Part shown: piece by piece, positions 7,572-16,789 of the stretch | How the letters are laid out: each line of letters begins with the position of its first letter | How positions within the stretch are numbered: the first letter of the stretch is position 1 | DNA from: an uncultured Akkermansia sp. | Lineage (GTDB): Bacteria > Verrucomicrobiota > Verrucomicrobiia > Opitutales > Opitutaceae | NCBI GenBank assembly: GCA_966252115.1 | Contig: CBINNW010000007.1 | Span: 2,142 to 66,141, forward strand | Length of the DNA: 64,000 nucleotides | Direction: 5' to 3' | Translations under genes and position numbers: made by a program | The notes under the pieces: generated by a model | Told to the model about the DNA's origin: nothing | Seen by the model: only the letters and a program-made list of their open reading frames with translations | Databases searched by the model: none

Positions 7572-8891
7572 ATGACCGCCACCGCCCTCACCGCCACGTC
7601 CACGAACGACGCCACCCTCGCGGCCGAACTGGCCGACGTCGTGCCGTCCTTCCTTGAGCCGGTGCGCGCCGCCGCCGCGCCCCCCGAGACGCCGGAGCGG
7701 AACAACCTCCAGCTCTATCTCCAGGAGATCGGCAAGACGCCGCTCCTCACCATCGACGAGGAGGTCAAACTGGCCAAACGCATCCTGAAGGGCGACAAGG
7801 CCGCGCGCGACCACATGATCAGCGCCAACCTGCGCCTGGTCGTGAAGATCGCCATGGACTACAAAGACTTCGGCCTGCCGCTGCTCGACCTCATCAGCGA
7901 GGGCAACATCGGCCTCGTCAAAGCCGTGGAGCGCTTCGACCCCACCAAGGGTGGCAAACTCTCCACCTACGCCGCCTGGTGGATCAAGCAGTCGATCAAG
8001 CGCGCCTTGGCCAACCAGTCCAAGACCATCCGCCTGCCCGTCCACCTCGTGGACAAGATTTCCAAGATGCGGAAAACCGCCATGGCCCTCACCGAGGAGC
8101 TCGGTCGCGAGCCCACCGACGAGGAAATCGCCATCGAGCTCCAGATCCCGACCAGCAAGGTCGCTCATCTGAAGTCCGTCAGCGTGCGTCCCGCCTCGCT
8201 CGACGCCCCCTTGGGCGAAGAGGGCGACTCGACCACCTTCGGCGAAATCGTCGGCGACGAAAACGCCGCCACCCCCTTCGAACAACTGCGCGACAACAGC
8301 CGCAACTCCGCCCTGCACACCCTGGTGGACTCGCTCGACCCCCGCGAGGCGGAGATCATCCGCTACCGCTTCGGTCTCGACGGCCGCGACGAGCTCACGC
8401 TCGAGGAAGTCGGCGCCCGTTTCCGCGTGACCCGCGAGCGCGTGCGCCAGTTGCAAAACCTCGCCCTCTCCAAGATGCGCAAGGCGCTCTCCCGCCAGGA
8501 AGAGCAGCGCACCTCCGAGGAGATCGAGCTCGAGGAAAAACAGCGCGCCCGCGAAGCCGTCATCCGCGAGTTCATCACCGCACGCGGCGGCATCGACGAG
8601 CCCGCTCCCGCTCGCGCCAAGCCTTCCTCCTCCGCCGGCGCCGCCGCCCAGGGTAAGGGCTTCGCGGCCGGTGGCGTGCAAGCCATAGCGGCGGCCATCG
8701 CCGGCTCGTCCCCCGCCGCCCAGGCCAAGACGAGCGGCAAAGCCTCGGCCACCGAGAACGAGCCGCGTTCCACCAAGGACCGTTCCCGCAAGAGCGCCGC
8801 CGCCAAGACGGCGAAGCCTGCGGTGATCGCCTCCCCCTTCGCCCCCAAGGCGGCAGGCCGACTCGGTGCCAAGCTCTACGGCGGCCGCTAA
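7572..8891 (+). CDS. sigma-70 family RNA polymerase sigma factor (RpoD-like regions 1.2-4) with a long C-terminal tail
   Basis: LYLQEIGKTPLLT (region 1.2), DLISEGNIGLVKAVERFD (2.x), STYAAWWIKQSI, and RVTRERVRQLQNLAL (4.2). Confidence 0.9.
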   Translation: MTATALTATSTNDATLAAELADVVPSFLEPVRAAAAPPETPERNNLQLYLQEIGKTPLLTIDEEVKLAKRILKGDKAARDHMISANLRLVVKIAMDYKDFGLPLLDLISEGNIGLVKAVERFDPTKGGKLSTYAAWWIKQSIKRALANQSKTIRLPVHLVDKISKMRKTAMALTEELGREPTDEEIAIELQIPTSKVAHLKSVSVRPASLDAPLGEEGDSTTFGEIVGDENAATPFEQLRDNSRNSALHTLVDSLDPREAEIIRYRFGLDGRDELTLEEVGARFRVTRERVRQLQNLALSKMRKALSRQEEQRTSEEIELEEKQRAREAVIREFITARGGIDEPAPARAKPSSSAGAAAQGKGFAAGGVQAIAAAIAGSSPAAQAKTSGKASATENEPRSTKDRSRKSAAAKTAKPAVIASPFAPKAAGRLGAKLYGGR

Positions 8892-8940
8892 ACGGACCGC
8901 GACCGGCGGCACGCGCCTCAATCAAGCCAAGGTGGTGTGC

Positions 8941-9078
8941 CCGAAACGTCTGATCATCATTCAGCCGACCCCGTCCCGGTCCGGGGAGAGCACCCGTCCC
9001 GGGTGCTCCGGCGGGCGTCCCGCCCGCCGTTTCGGAAGGTGAGAGCGGGACGCTCTCACCGGCACGCGAGACGCGTGC
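8941..9078. repeat. array of four consecutive GC-rich short-loop hairpins in a convergent intergenic region
   Basis: H1 8988-9008, H2 9009-9029, H3 9038-9060, H4 9062-9078. CCGAAACG at 8941 also pairs with CGTTTCGG at 9028. Confidence 0.7.
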
Positions 9079-9149
9079 GCTCCCCGGACCCTCCCCGGAC
9101 CCTTCGGCGTAGGGATTTTTCGGCGCAATTTCGATCAGTCACTTGGCGC

Positions 9150-10112
9150 TCACCCCGCAGCGTTTGCCGTCCCCGGCCCACCCAACAGCTCGACCCGAGC
9201 CGCCTCGCCCATGCGCGCGCGGCAAAACTCCACCAAGTCCGCCGCCAGCGGCGCCCGCCAAACTCGTCCGCCCAGCCCCTCCGCGTTGGGCTCGAGTTCG
9301 ATTCGCGCGCAGTGCAGCGCCTGCCGCTCCAGCAGCAGGCGTTCGGCCAAAGCCGGAGTCCAGCCCCGGTCGATAAATTCCAGATAACACCGCGCGTCGG
9401 GGCCGTAGATTTTGTCCCCCACCACCGGCAGTCCCAACCACTGCGCGTGCGCCCGTATCTGGTGCTTCCGCCCGGTCTCGATGCGCACCTCCGCAAAGGT
9501 AAAGCCCGCCGCCACCGCCAGCGGGCGGAAAAACGAACGCGCCGGTTTCCCATCCGGCCGCACCGTGGTTTTCACGAAAACCGGACTCCGCTCGTCGTCA
9601 CCGAGCGGCTGATCCACCGCCACCGGATCCTTCAACTCGCCGACGAGCACGGCCAGATACGTTTTCCGAATCCGCCTCGCCTGCATCGCCTTTTGCAGCC
9701 GGCTCGCCGCCCGCTCGGTCTTCGCGAAAAGCACCACCCCGCTCGTTTCGCGATCCAGACGAAACACGAGATGCGCCTTTTCCAGACCGCGCCCCGCCTT
9801 CACCGCCCCGGCCAAGCTCGACCAAGGTCCGGCCTTCGACGGATGACACACGACGTCGCCCGGCTTGTTGATCGCCAGCACCTCCTCGTCGTCTTCCAGC
9901 ACCCACGATCCCAGCTCCTCGGCCCCGATCATGCGCACGCGAGCCGGATCGCTCGCCTGCGGCCGGGGCGGCCAGGCGCAGGCCCGCAGGCGGCCACCAT
10001 AGGTGCCGTCGTCCTCCGCCGCCCCGCTCCCGCCCGCGCCTCCAACCCCCCCCGCGCCATCCGCGCCGCCGGCACCCGGGGTTTTCCCGGCCTCCGCTTC
10101 CTCGGCGCTCAT
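9150..10112 (-). CDS. RluA-family pseudouridine synthase
   Basis: FRLDRETSGVVLFAK, KTYLAVL and GRKHQIRAH motifs. ATG 10112 overlaps the upstream SDR stop (ATGA). Confidence 0.9.
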   Translation of the reverse strand: MSAEEAEAGKTPGAGGADGAGGVGGAGGSGAAEDDGTYGGRLRACAWPPRPQASDPARVRMIGAEELGSWVLEDDEEVLAINKPGDVVCHPSKAGPWSSLAGAVKAGRGLEKAHLVFRLDRETSGVVLFAKTERAASRLQKAMQARRIRKTYLAVLVGELKDPVAVDQPLGDDERSPVFVKTTVRPDGKPARSFFRPLAVAAGFTFAEVRIETGRKHQIRAHAQWLGLPVVGDKIYGPDARCYLEFIDRGWTPALAERLLLERQALHCARIELEPNAEGLGGRVWRAPLAADLVEFCRARMGEAARVELLGGPGTANAAG

Positions 10113-10948
10113 GCGGCGCCCTCCCCCGCCCCGGCCGTCACGCGGCTCATCCGGTAGCGCGCCAGAACCGCCGCCCCCAGCCGCGCCGCCCAAGGCTTGG
10201 GCAAACGTGATCCCACGGCGGCCAGCAGCCAGTTTTTCCACCCGCAAACCATCTGGCCACGCCCCGCCGCCAAGGCGCGCAACGACTCCAGCACCACCTC
10301 GTCCGCCGTCTGCCCCCACCGATCGCTCACCGCCCCCTGCTTCAACCCCGCCCGCCTGAAAAACTCCGTCGCGGTCGGCCCCGGGCACACCGCCAGCACC
10401 CGCACGCCCAAGGGCCGCAGGTCCTCCCCCAGCGCCAGGCTCCAGTGTAGCAAAAAGGCCTTGGTCGCGCCATACGTGGCCATGAACGCGGTCGGCTGAA
10501 ACGCCGCCGTGGAAGCGATGTTCAGAATGGCCCCGCCCCGCGCCTTGAGCGTGGGTAGCAGCCGCGTCGTCAGATCCACCACCGCGCGCACGTTCACGTC
10601 GATCATCTCGCATTGATGGGCGGCCCCCAGCTCGTCCACCCGCCCGTAGCCCCCGAAGCCGCTGTTATTGATCAGCAAAATCTTACCCTGCGGAGCCGCC
10701 TCGTGAAGAAAACTAATGACCGCGTCCGCCGCCTGGGTGAGTTCCCCTAAGCGGCCCAAATCCACCGGGAAATGGCGCGACTTAAGCTCCCCGGAAAAAC
10801 CATGCGGCTCCCGTCGCGAAAGGTTGCAAATGACCACCTCAGGATTCAACTTCCGCGCGTGTTCGATGAACGCCTTCCCTATCCCGGAGGAGCCCCCCGT
10901 CACGACGATGACGGCATACTCGGACAGCAATTCACGAAGCGCACGCAT
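10109..10948 (-). CDS. short-chain dehydrogenase/reductase (SDR)
   Basis: TGGSSGIGKA Rossmann motif, NNSG, and catalytic YGATKAF (YxxxK). ATG 10948 lies within the longer track ORF. Confidence 0.9.
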   Translation of the reverse strand: MRALRELLSEYAVIVVTGGSSGIGKAFIEHARKLNPEVVICNLSRREPHGFSGELKSRHFPVDLGRLGELTQAADAVISFLHEAAPQGKILLINNSGFGGYGRVDELGAAHQCEMIDVNVRAVVDLTTRLLPTLKARGGAILNIASTAAFQPTAFMATYGATKAFLLHWSLALGEDLRPLGVRVLAVCPGPTATEFFRRAGLKQGAVSDRWGQTADEVVLESLRALAAGRGQMVCGWKNWLLAAVGSRLPKPWAARLGAAVLARYRMSRVTAGAGEGAA

Positions 10949-11002
10949 GGCGATGGCTTCGCACCCCTTCTGGCCAAGGTAAACCCAGATCCCACAGACA
11001 TC

Positions 11003-11365
11003 ATGAATCACACCCACGACCTGATCGTTTCCGGCATCCACCTCGAACTCACTCCCTCGCTTAAGCGTTTCGTGGAGGAAAAGGCGGACCGCCTCTTCCG
11101 ACATGAAGAACGCATCGTGCGCATGCGGGTGGAACTCGAATGCGACCCCAAACAAGACGTCGCCCACCGTTTCACCGCCAAAGGTCACATCTCCATCCAC
11201 GGTCCGGACATGAACGCCTCCGTCGCCTCCGACGAGTGCCACAAAGCCGTTTCCCTCCTCGTGGACAAACTCGACCGCATGCTCGCCCGCCGTTCCCAGC
11301 TCTCCAAAGCCCGCCGCCACCGGACCGCTCCCGAGCTGACCATCCGCGGCACCGCCGTGGCCTGA
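11003..11365 (+). CDS. hpf: ribosome hibernation promoting factor (HPF/RaiA family)
   Basis: 120 aa. GIHLELTPSLKRFVEEKADRL and ..ASVASDECHKAVSLLVDKLDRML are typical of the family. Confidence 0.85.
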   Translation: MNHTHDLIVSGIHLELTPSLKRFVEEKADRLFRHEERIVRMRVELECDPKQDVAHRFTAKGHISIHGPDMNASVASDECHKAVSLLVDKLDRMLARRSQLSKARRHRTAPELTIRGTAVA

Positions 11366-11471
11366 CCCGGCGTCACCGAGCGTCGCCCACGCTCCACCAT
11401 TCCCGCACCGCGCCCCCGCGCGACTAGCGTTTTACCCCTCCGGTGTCGGGGTCAGGACACCACCCGAAAAA

Positions 11472-11505
11472 CCCGCCGCCTCACCTTGGTCACGGCGGGT
11501 TTTTT
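11472..11505 (+). terminator. intrinsic terminator downstream of hpf
   Basis: CCCGCCG-N14-CGGCGGG followed by TTTTTT. Confidence 0.75.
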
Positions 11506-11582
11506 CATGCCCACGTCCCAGTCCATACGGCATACAGCCCTACCCGGCGCTCCGGCAGTTCGCCTCCACGGCGCGGATGCGG

Positions 11583-11640
11583 TTTTTTTGGACACGGAGG
11601 GCACGGAGCGCGGCCCACGGAGGACACGGAGGCCCCGTCC
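11583..11640. repeat. solo left arm of the CACGGAG-unit element
   Basis: TTTTTTTGGACACGGAGGGCACGGAGCGCGGCCCACGGAGGACACGGAGGCCCCGTCC. No complementary arm found. Confidence 0.75.
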
Positions 11641-11801
11641 GGCGTCGGGTGGCGCTTCCGCGGTGGCTTGGGCTTCCGGTTTTTGGCGATTCGTTGGGGG
11701 CGGGGGTTCGCCAAAGCGGCACGCCGGGCCCGAAACGACGCTCATCGGATCGTCGTTCGAGGGGTTTTCCACCACCGCCGGCCGAACTTCCGAAGCCCAA
11801 C

Positions 11802-11834
11802 AAAAAGCCCGCAACCCTCTTGGGGTGGCGGGCT
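11802..11834 (-). terminator. intrinsic (bidirectional-looking) terminator after tRNA-Arg
   Basis: AGCCCGC-N15-GCGGGCT, flanked by an A5 run on one side and T5 (as A5 on the plus strand) on the other. Confidence 0.7.
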
Positions 11835-11842
11835 TAAAAATC

Positions 11843-11919
11843 TGGCGCAGCCGTAGGGAGTCGAACCCCAAACCTTCTGATCCGTAGTCAGATGCTCTAT
11901 CCAATTGAGCTACGGCTGC
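11843..11919 (-). tRNA. tRNA-Arg (anticodon ACG), CCA encoded
   Basis: The reverse complement folds as a cloverleaf: GCAGCCG acceptor, GCTC/GAGC D stem, TCTGA-CTACGGA-TCAGA anticodon arm, TGGGG-TTCGACT-CCCTA T arm, then G-CCA. Confidence 0.92.
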
Positions 11920-12145
11920 GTGGCAGGAGGCGAGAGAAAGATAAGTTCGGAATGGGGGCGCAAGCGCTTTTTCCAAAAAAATCCCCGCCCCGCTCCGGTC
12001 GCCCCCGTTCCGCGCCCAGCCGGTGCGCGGCGCCACAGCACCAGACCACCGGCACCGACCTCACCTCCGGGCCGGATTTGTCCCTTTCCCACCCTCATCG
12101 ACCCTTTTTGTGGCCAAGGCGGTCGCCACCCCTTCGCATGGAAGG

Positions 12146-12925
12146 ATGCGTCTTCTGATCTCCAACGACGACGGCATCCACTCGCCCTTCCTCCACGCCT
12201 TGGTCGCCGCCTTGCGCGACGCGGGGCATGAGCTGTTCATCGTCGCTCCCCTGCACGAACAGAGCTGGACCGGCGCCAGCAAATGCCGCCACCGCCCCGT
12301 CGCCTCCGCCGCCATCGACCACGGGCTCGGCGCCCCCACCTGGACGGTGGACGGCACCCCGGCCGACTGCGTGAACATCGCCCTCGCCCACCTCCTCCCG
12401 GGCGGCATCTCCTCCATCGACGGGGTCGTCTCCGGCATCAACCTCGGGCTCAACACCACCCTCGGCTTCATCAACGCCAGCGGCACCATCGCCGCCGCCT
12501 GGGAGGGCGCCCTCCACGGCCTGCCCGCCCTCGCCTGCTCCCAGGACCTCAGCCAGGAGGAATGGCGCGCCCTCACAAGCACCCGGTCCCTCGCCGGCCT
12601 CGACTCGACCCGCGCCACCATCACCGCCAGCGCCGCCCACGCCGCCCGGCTCGCCGCCGAGCTCCTGCCCGCCACCGGTCGCAACCGCTTCCTCGTCCAC
12701 AATGTCAACTTCCCCCGCCCCTGCCTCGCCGACTCCCGGGTCGTGCGCACCGTGCCCGCCCGCGTGATCGTGCCCGGCCTGTTCAGCCCCGCCGCCGACG
12801 ACGGCACCCACCGCTTCGTGTTTTCCGACGCCATCGACCGATCCCCGCCCGATCTCGTCACCGACAAGGCCACCGTCGCCGCCGGCCACATCAGCCACAG
12901 CATCCTCGACTACACCCGACTCTAA
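12146..12925 (+). CDS. surE: 5'/3'-nucleotidase SurE
   Basis: MRLLISNDDGIHSPF.. N-terminus and GINLGLN motif. ATG 12146 lies inside the longer track ORF. Confidence 0.9.
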   Translation: MRLLISNDDGIHSPFLHALVAALRDAGHELFIVAPLHEQSWTGASKCRHRPVASAAIDHGLGAPTWTVDGTPADCVNIALAHLLPGGISSIDGVVSGINLGLNTTLGFINASGTIAAAWEGALHGLPALACSQDLSQEEWRALTSTRSLAGLDSTRATITASAAHAARLAAELLPATGRNRFLVHNVNFPRPCLADSRVVRTVPARVIVPGLFSPAADDGTHRFVFSDAIDRSPPDLVTDKATVAAGHISHSILDYTRL

Positions 12926-12970
12926 ACGCGGACTCCGCCCCCGCCGTTTTCTCCACCACTCCGCATCCGC

Positions 12971-13684
12971 ATGTCCCTCGTCTCCCACGCCGCCACGCTT
13001 CGCGACGCCGTTGACCGCCTCCGCTTCGCCGCGCCGGTCGCTTTTACCTACAACCCGCTTCGCTACGCCTGGGCGCCCCACTCCGCCTACCTCGAGCGCT
13101 ACGGTGCCGGCCGCAAACGCGTCGTGTTTCTCGGCATGAACCCCGGCCCCTTCGGCATGGCCCAGACCGGGGTTCCCTTCGGGGAAATCCCCGCCGTGCG
13201 CGACTGGTTGCGCATCGAGGAACCCGTCAACCGCCCCTCGCCCGAACACCCGAAACGCCCCGTCACCGGCTTCGCCTGCACCCGCAGCGAGGTCAGCGGA
13301 CGTCGCCTCTGGGGTCTCTTCTCCGCCCGCTTCGAGAACGCGGAAACCTTTTTTTCAGAACATTTTGTGCTCAACTATTGCCCGCTCGTCTGGATGAGCG
13401 AGAGCGGCTCCAACCTCACCCCCGACAAACTCTCCGCCGCCGAGCGCGAGGCGGTGGACGCTCCGTGCCGCGCCCACCTGCGCGCCGTCCTCGAAACCCT
13501 GCGGCCGGAACATCTGGTCGGCGTGGGCGGCTACGCGGCGAAAAAATTCGAGGAGGTGTCCACGCCCTCGGACCCGTGGAAAATCACCCAAATCCTCCAC
13601 CCCAGCCCGGCCAGTCCCGCCGCCAATCGCGGCTGGCCGGCCGAACCCATCCGCACCTTGGAGACCGCCGGCATCTGGAAGTAG
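12971..13684 (+). CDS. SMUG1-type (family 3) uracil-DNA glycosylase
   Basis: FLGMNPGPFGMAQTGVPFG and LHPSPASPAANRGW match the two SMUG1 signature motifs. Confidence 0.85.
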   Translation: MSLVSHAATLRDAVDRLRFAAPVAFTYNPLRYAWAPHSAYLERYGAGRKRVVFLGMNPGPFGMAQTGVPFGEIPAVRDWLRIEEPVNRPSPEHPKRPVTGFACTRSEVSGRRLWGLFSARFENAETFFSEHFVLNYCPLVWMSESGSNLTPDKLSAAEREAVDAPCRAHLRAVLETLRPEHLVGVGGYAAKKFEEVSTPSDPWKITQILHPSPASPAANRGWPAEPIRTLETAGIWK

Positions 13685-13818
13685 AGCACCCGTGCCCAAT
13701 CTCCCGCCCGCTTTCGCGCGCCGCGCGAAAACCCTTACGCTCCGTCCACGCGCCGCCCCCTCGCGATCCCCTCGCCCACCGCGCGCCACCCTCCCCCGCC
13801 ACCCGAACCCACCGCACC

Positions 13819-14187
13819 ATGAAAGTCACCGAAATCGCCTTCACCGGCTATCCCGTCACCGACATGGCCCGAGCCCGCCGCTTTTACGAAGGCGTGCTCG
13901 GCCTCGCCACCGCCCGCACCTGGGGCGACAAAGACAATCCCCAGTGGGTCGAATACGACATCGGCTCCGGCTGCCTCGCCATCATCACCGGCGCCGGCGC
14001 GGATTGGCCGCCGGCCAACGCCGGCCCCGCCATCGCGCTGGAGGTCGAGGACTTCGACGCCGCCATCGCCGAGCTGAAGCAGGCCGGCGTGAAATTCCAT
14101 TGGCCATCGCAGGAAAGCCCCGTCTGCCACATGGCCGTGATCCTCGATCCCGACGAAAATCGTCTCGTGATCCACCACCGCAAGTAG
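13819..14187 (+). CDS. VOC/glyoxalase-family protein
   Basis: 122 aa. ..AFTGYPVTDMARARRFYEGVLGL.. is a typical glyoxalase/bleomycin-resistance fold N-terminus. Confidence 0.8.
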   Translation: MKVTEIAFTGYPVTDMARARRFYEGVLGLATARTWGDKDNPQWVEYDIGSGCLAIITGAGADWPPANAGPAIALEVEDFDAAIAELKQAGVKFHWPSQESPVCHMAVILDPDENRLVIHHRK

Positions 14188-14278
14188 TTGCCCAACAACC
14201 GCTCCGCATGGGCGGCCCCGCCCGCGACATGCGGACACCCCGGTTTTACCGCCCCCGGCTCCCGCCCCAAACGGAAGA

Positions 14279-14617
14279 TTGAAATGGGCGGCCCCCCGGC
14301 CAACTTGTCCCGTTTTTGCCGTGGCCACCAAATCCAACGCTTCCGCACGCGCCGCGTCCGCGTCCGCCACCGACGCCCCCGCGCCCTCCTTCGAAGACGC
14401 GATGCACCGACTGGAAACCATCGTCGAAGCCATGGAGTCCGGCGAAATCCCCCTCGCCGAGCTGCTCGCCCGCTTCGAGGAAGGCGGCAGGCTTCTTGCT
14501 CAGTGCGAGGAACGCTTGAAAGCCGCCGAGCTCAAAATCGAGCAACTCAAACGCCGCAAAGACGGCACCTTCGCGCTCGAAACCTTCACCCAGGTCGAGC
14601 AGCCACCCGCCCACTGA
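14279..14617 (+). CDS. xseB: exodeoxyribonuclease VII small subunit
   Basis: SFEDAMHRLETIVEAMESGEIPLAELLARFEEGGRLLAQCEERL. The real start may be the in-frame GTG 14321. Confidence 0.85.
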   Translation: MKWAAPRPTCPVFAVATKSNASARAASASATDAPAPSFEDAMHRLETIVEAMESGEIPLAELLARFEEGGRLLAQCEERLKAAELKIEQLKRRKDGTFALETFTQVEQPPAH

Positions 14618-14688
14618 GGCCCCTTTCCCACCGGACCCGCCGGCCTCCAGTCCCCCGGTCCGATATTCGCATCCCGATTTTTCCCTCC

Positions 14689-16632
14689 GTGTCCGAACCC
14701 GCCGCTTCCCCCGCCTCGCCCGGCTCCGCCGCCGGCGCCCCGCGTCTGCTCGACCTCATCCGCTCGCCCGATGACGTCAAAGGGCTCTCCGCCACCCAGC
14801 TCCCCCAGCTCGCCGCCGAGATTCGCGAGGAGTTGATCCGCGTCACCGCCCGCAACGGCGGACACGTCGGCCCCAACCTCGGCGTCGTGGAGCTCACCAT
14901 CGCCCTGCACCGCGTCTTCTCCACGCCGAAGGACCAGTTCGTCTTCGATGTCGCCCACCAGGGCTACGTCCACAAACTGCTCACCGGCCGCCTCCAGTCC
15001 CTGCAAAAAGTCCGCCAGACCGGCGGCGCCTCCGGTTTTCTGAACCGCGAGGAAAGCCCGCACGACGCCTTCGGCGCCGGGCACGCCGGCACCGCCCTCT
15101 CCGCCGCCCTCGGCATGGCCACCGCCCGCGATCTCGCCGGCACCGACGAGCACATCGTCGCCCTCTGCGGCGACGCCGCCTTCACCTGCGGCATCACCCT
15201 CGAGGCGCTCAACAACGTCGTCACCTCCACCAAGCGCCTGATCGTCATCCTCAACGACAACGAGTGGTCCATCGCGCGCAACGTCGGCGCCATCGCCAAA
15301 TACCTCAACAAGCTCTCCACCAACCGCACCTACAACAAGGTCCACCACGACCTGGAAAAATTCTTCCGCGGTCTGCCCGGCGGCGACGACATGCACCGCG
15401 TCTGGATGCGGTGGAAACGCGAGACCAAGGACTTCTTCGTCGAATCCTCCCTCTTCGAGAAATTCGGGCTCCGCTACCTCGGCCCCATCGACGGGCACAA
15501 CCTCGACGAGCTCATCAAAAACCTCGAGTTCGCCCGCGACACCGACACGCCCATCCTCGTCCACGTCATCACGGAAAAAGGCCGCGGCCTCGACGCCGCC
15601 CGCGCCCAGCCGGAAAAGTTTCACGGGCTCGGCGCCTTCGACCCCGTCACCGGCGAGGCCAAGTCCTCCCCGCCCGGCTCGCCCCCCGCCTACCAGGACG
15701 TCTTCGGCCATGAACTCGTCCGCCTCGCCACCGCCGACTCGCGCATCGTCGGCATCACCGGCGCCATGCCCTCCGGCACCGGGCTGAACCACCTCGCCGC
15801 CGCCGTCCCCCGCCAGTTCTTCGACGTCGGCATCGCCGAGGAACACGCCGTGCTCTTCGCCGCCGGCCTCGCCACCCGCGGCTTCCGCCCGGTCTGCGCC
15901 ATCTACTCCACCTTCCTCCAGCGCGCCTTCGACAACATCATCCACGACGTCGCGCTGCAAAACCTGCCCGTCACCTTCTGCATGGACCGCGCCGGGCTCT
16001 CGCCCAACGACGGCCCCACCCACCACGGCCTCTTCGACATCGCCTACCTGCGCTGCGTGCCGCGCGCCGTGGTCATGGCCCCGCGCGACGAGCACATGCT
16101 CGCCCTGATGCTGCGCACCGCCCTCGCCCACGACGGCCCGGCCTTCATTCGCTACCCCCGCGGCGCCGCCACCGGCGCCCCGCCCCCCGCCGGACTGCCG
16201 ATCTCGCTGCCCATCGGTCGCGCCGAGGTGCTCCGTCGCGGCGGCGAGGTCGTGCTCTGGGCCCTCGGCACCATGTGCTCCGACGCGCTCGCCCTCGCCG
16301 CCCGCCTCGCCGCCGAGGACGGGCTCGACGTCGGCGTGGTGGACGCGCATTTCGCCAAACCCCTCGACGGCGCCCTGCTCCTCGCCCAGGCCGCCGAGGC
16401 CCGCCTCATCGTCACGCTCGAGGACGGCGTGCTCGCGGGCGGCTTCGGCTCCGGCGTTCTGGAAGCGCTCTCCGCCGCCGGCGTCGCCACGCCGGTGGAG
16501 CGTATCGGCTGGCCCGATACGTTTGTGGGGCACGGCTCGTCCGTGGCCGAGCTCCGCGCCGCCCACGGTCTCTCGCCGGAGCAGATGTTGACCCGCATCC
16601 GCGCCCGCCTCGCCCAGCCCGCCGGGGTCTAG
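14689..16632 (+). CDS. dxs: 1-deoxy-D-xylulose-5-phosphate synthase
   Basis: GGHVGPNLGVVELT and the TPP motif GDAAFTCG..NDNEWSI. 647 aa from GTG 14689 within the 814-aa track ORF. Confidence 0.95.
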   Translation: MSEPAASPASPGSAAGAPRLLDLIRSPDDVKGLSATQLPQLAAEIREELIRVTARNGGHVGPNLGVVELTIALHRVFSTPKDQFVFDVAHQGYVHKLLTGRLQSLQKVRQTGGASGFLNREESPHDAFGAGHAGTALSAALGMATARDLAGTDEHIVALCGDAAFTCGITLEALNNVVTSTKRLIVILNDNEWSIARNVGAIAKYLNKLSTNRTYNKVHHDLEKFFRGLPGGDDMHRVWMRWKRETKDFFVESSLFEKFGLRYLGPIDGHNLDELIKNLEFARDTDTPILVHVITEKGRGLDAARAQPEKFHGLGAFDPVTGEAKSSPPGSPPAYQDVFGHELVRLATADSRIVGITGAMPSGTGLNHLAAAVPRQFFDVGIAEEHAVLFAAGLATRGFRPVCAIYSTFLQRAFDNIIHDVALQNLPVTFCMDRAGLSPNDGPTHHGLFDIAYLRCVPRAVVMAPRDEHMLALMLRTALAHDGPAFIRYPRGAATGAPPPAGLPISLPIGRAEVLRRGGEVVLWALGTMCSDALALAARLAAEDGLDVGVVDAHFAKPLDGALLLAQAAEARLIVTLEDGVLAGGFGSGVLEALSAAGVATPVERIGWPDTFVGHGSSVAELRAAHGLSPEQMLTRIRARLAQPAGV

Positions 16633-16644
16633 GCCGCGGTGTGG

Positions 16645-16665
16645 GCCCGACCCCGCTGGTCGGGC
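16645..16665 (+). terminator. stem-loop after dxs (no U-tract)
   Basis: GCCCGACC-CCGCT-GGTCGGGC, 13 nt after the dxs stop. Confidence 0.4.
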
Positions 16666-16671
16666 TGCCAT

Positions 16672-16755
16672 GGTAGGGCGGGACCGCCGGGCCCGCCGCC
16701 GAGGCCGGACAGTGATCGCCACCCAAACCGGCGCGCCCGGCGGTCGCGCCCTACC
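16672..16755 (-). repeat. GC-rich dyad element, copy 2 (reverse orientation, no tail)
   Basis: GGTAGGGCGGGACCGCCGGGCCCGCC..CACCCAAACCGGCGCGCCCGGCGGTCGCGCCCTACC. Confidence 0.8.
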
Positions 16756-16789
16756 TTTCCGACCGGCCTCACCGCGAAAGGTAATCGTA

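Noticed and set aside
9150-11320. Long N-terminal extensions of the rluA-type (487 aa) and SDR (403 aa) track ORFs.
   Set aside because: The extensions are Gly/Arg-rich and overlap the neighbouring real genes. Internal ATGs at 10112 and 10948 give full-length family-typical proteins, with an ATGA stop/start overlap.
11443-11856. A 137-aa plus-strand ORF, with overlapping minus-strand ORFs, between hpf and the tRNA.
   Set aside because: The sequence is derived from the repeat arm and terminator hairpins (HGGHG.., RRRR runs) and has no coding-like composition.
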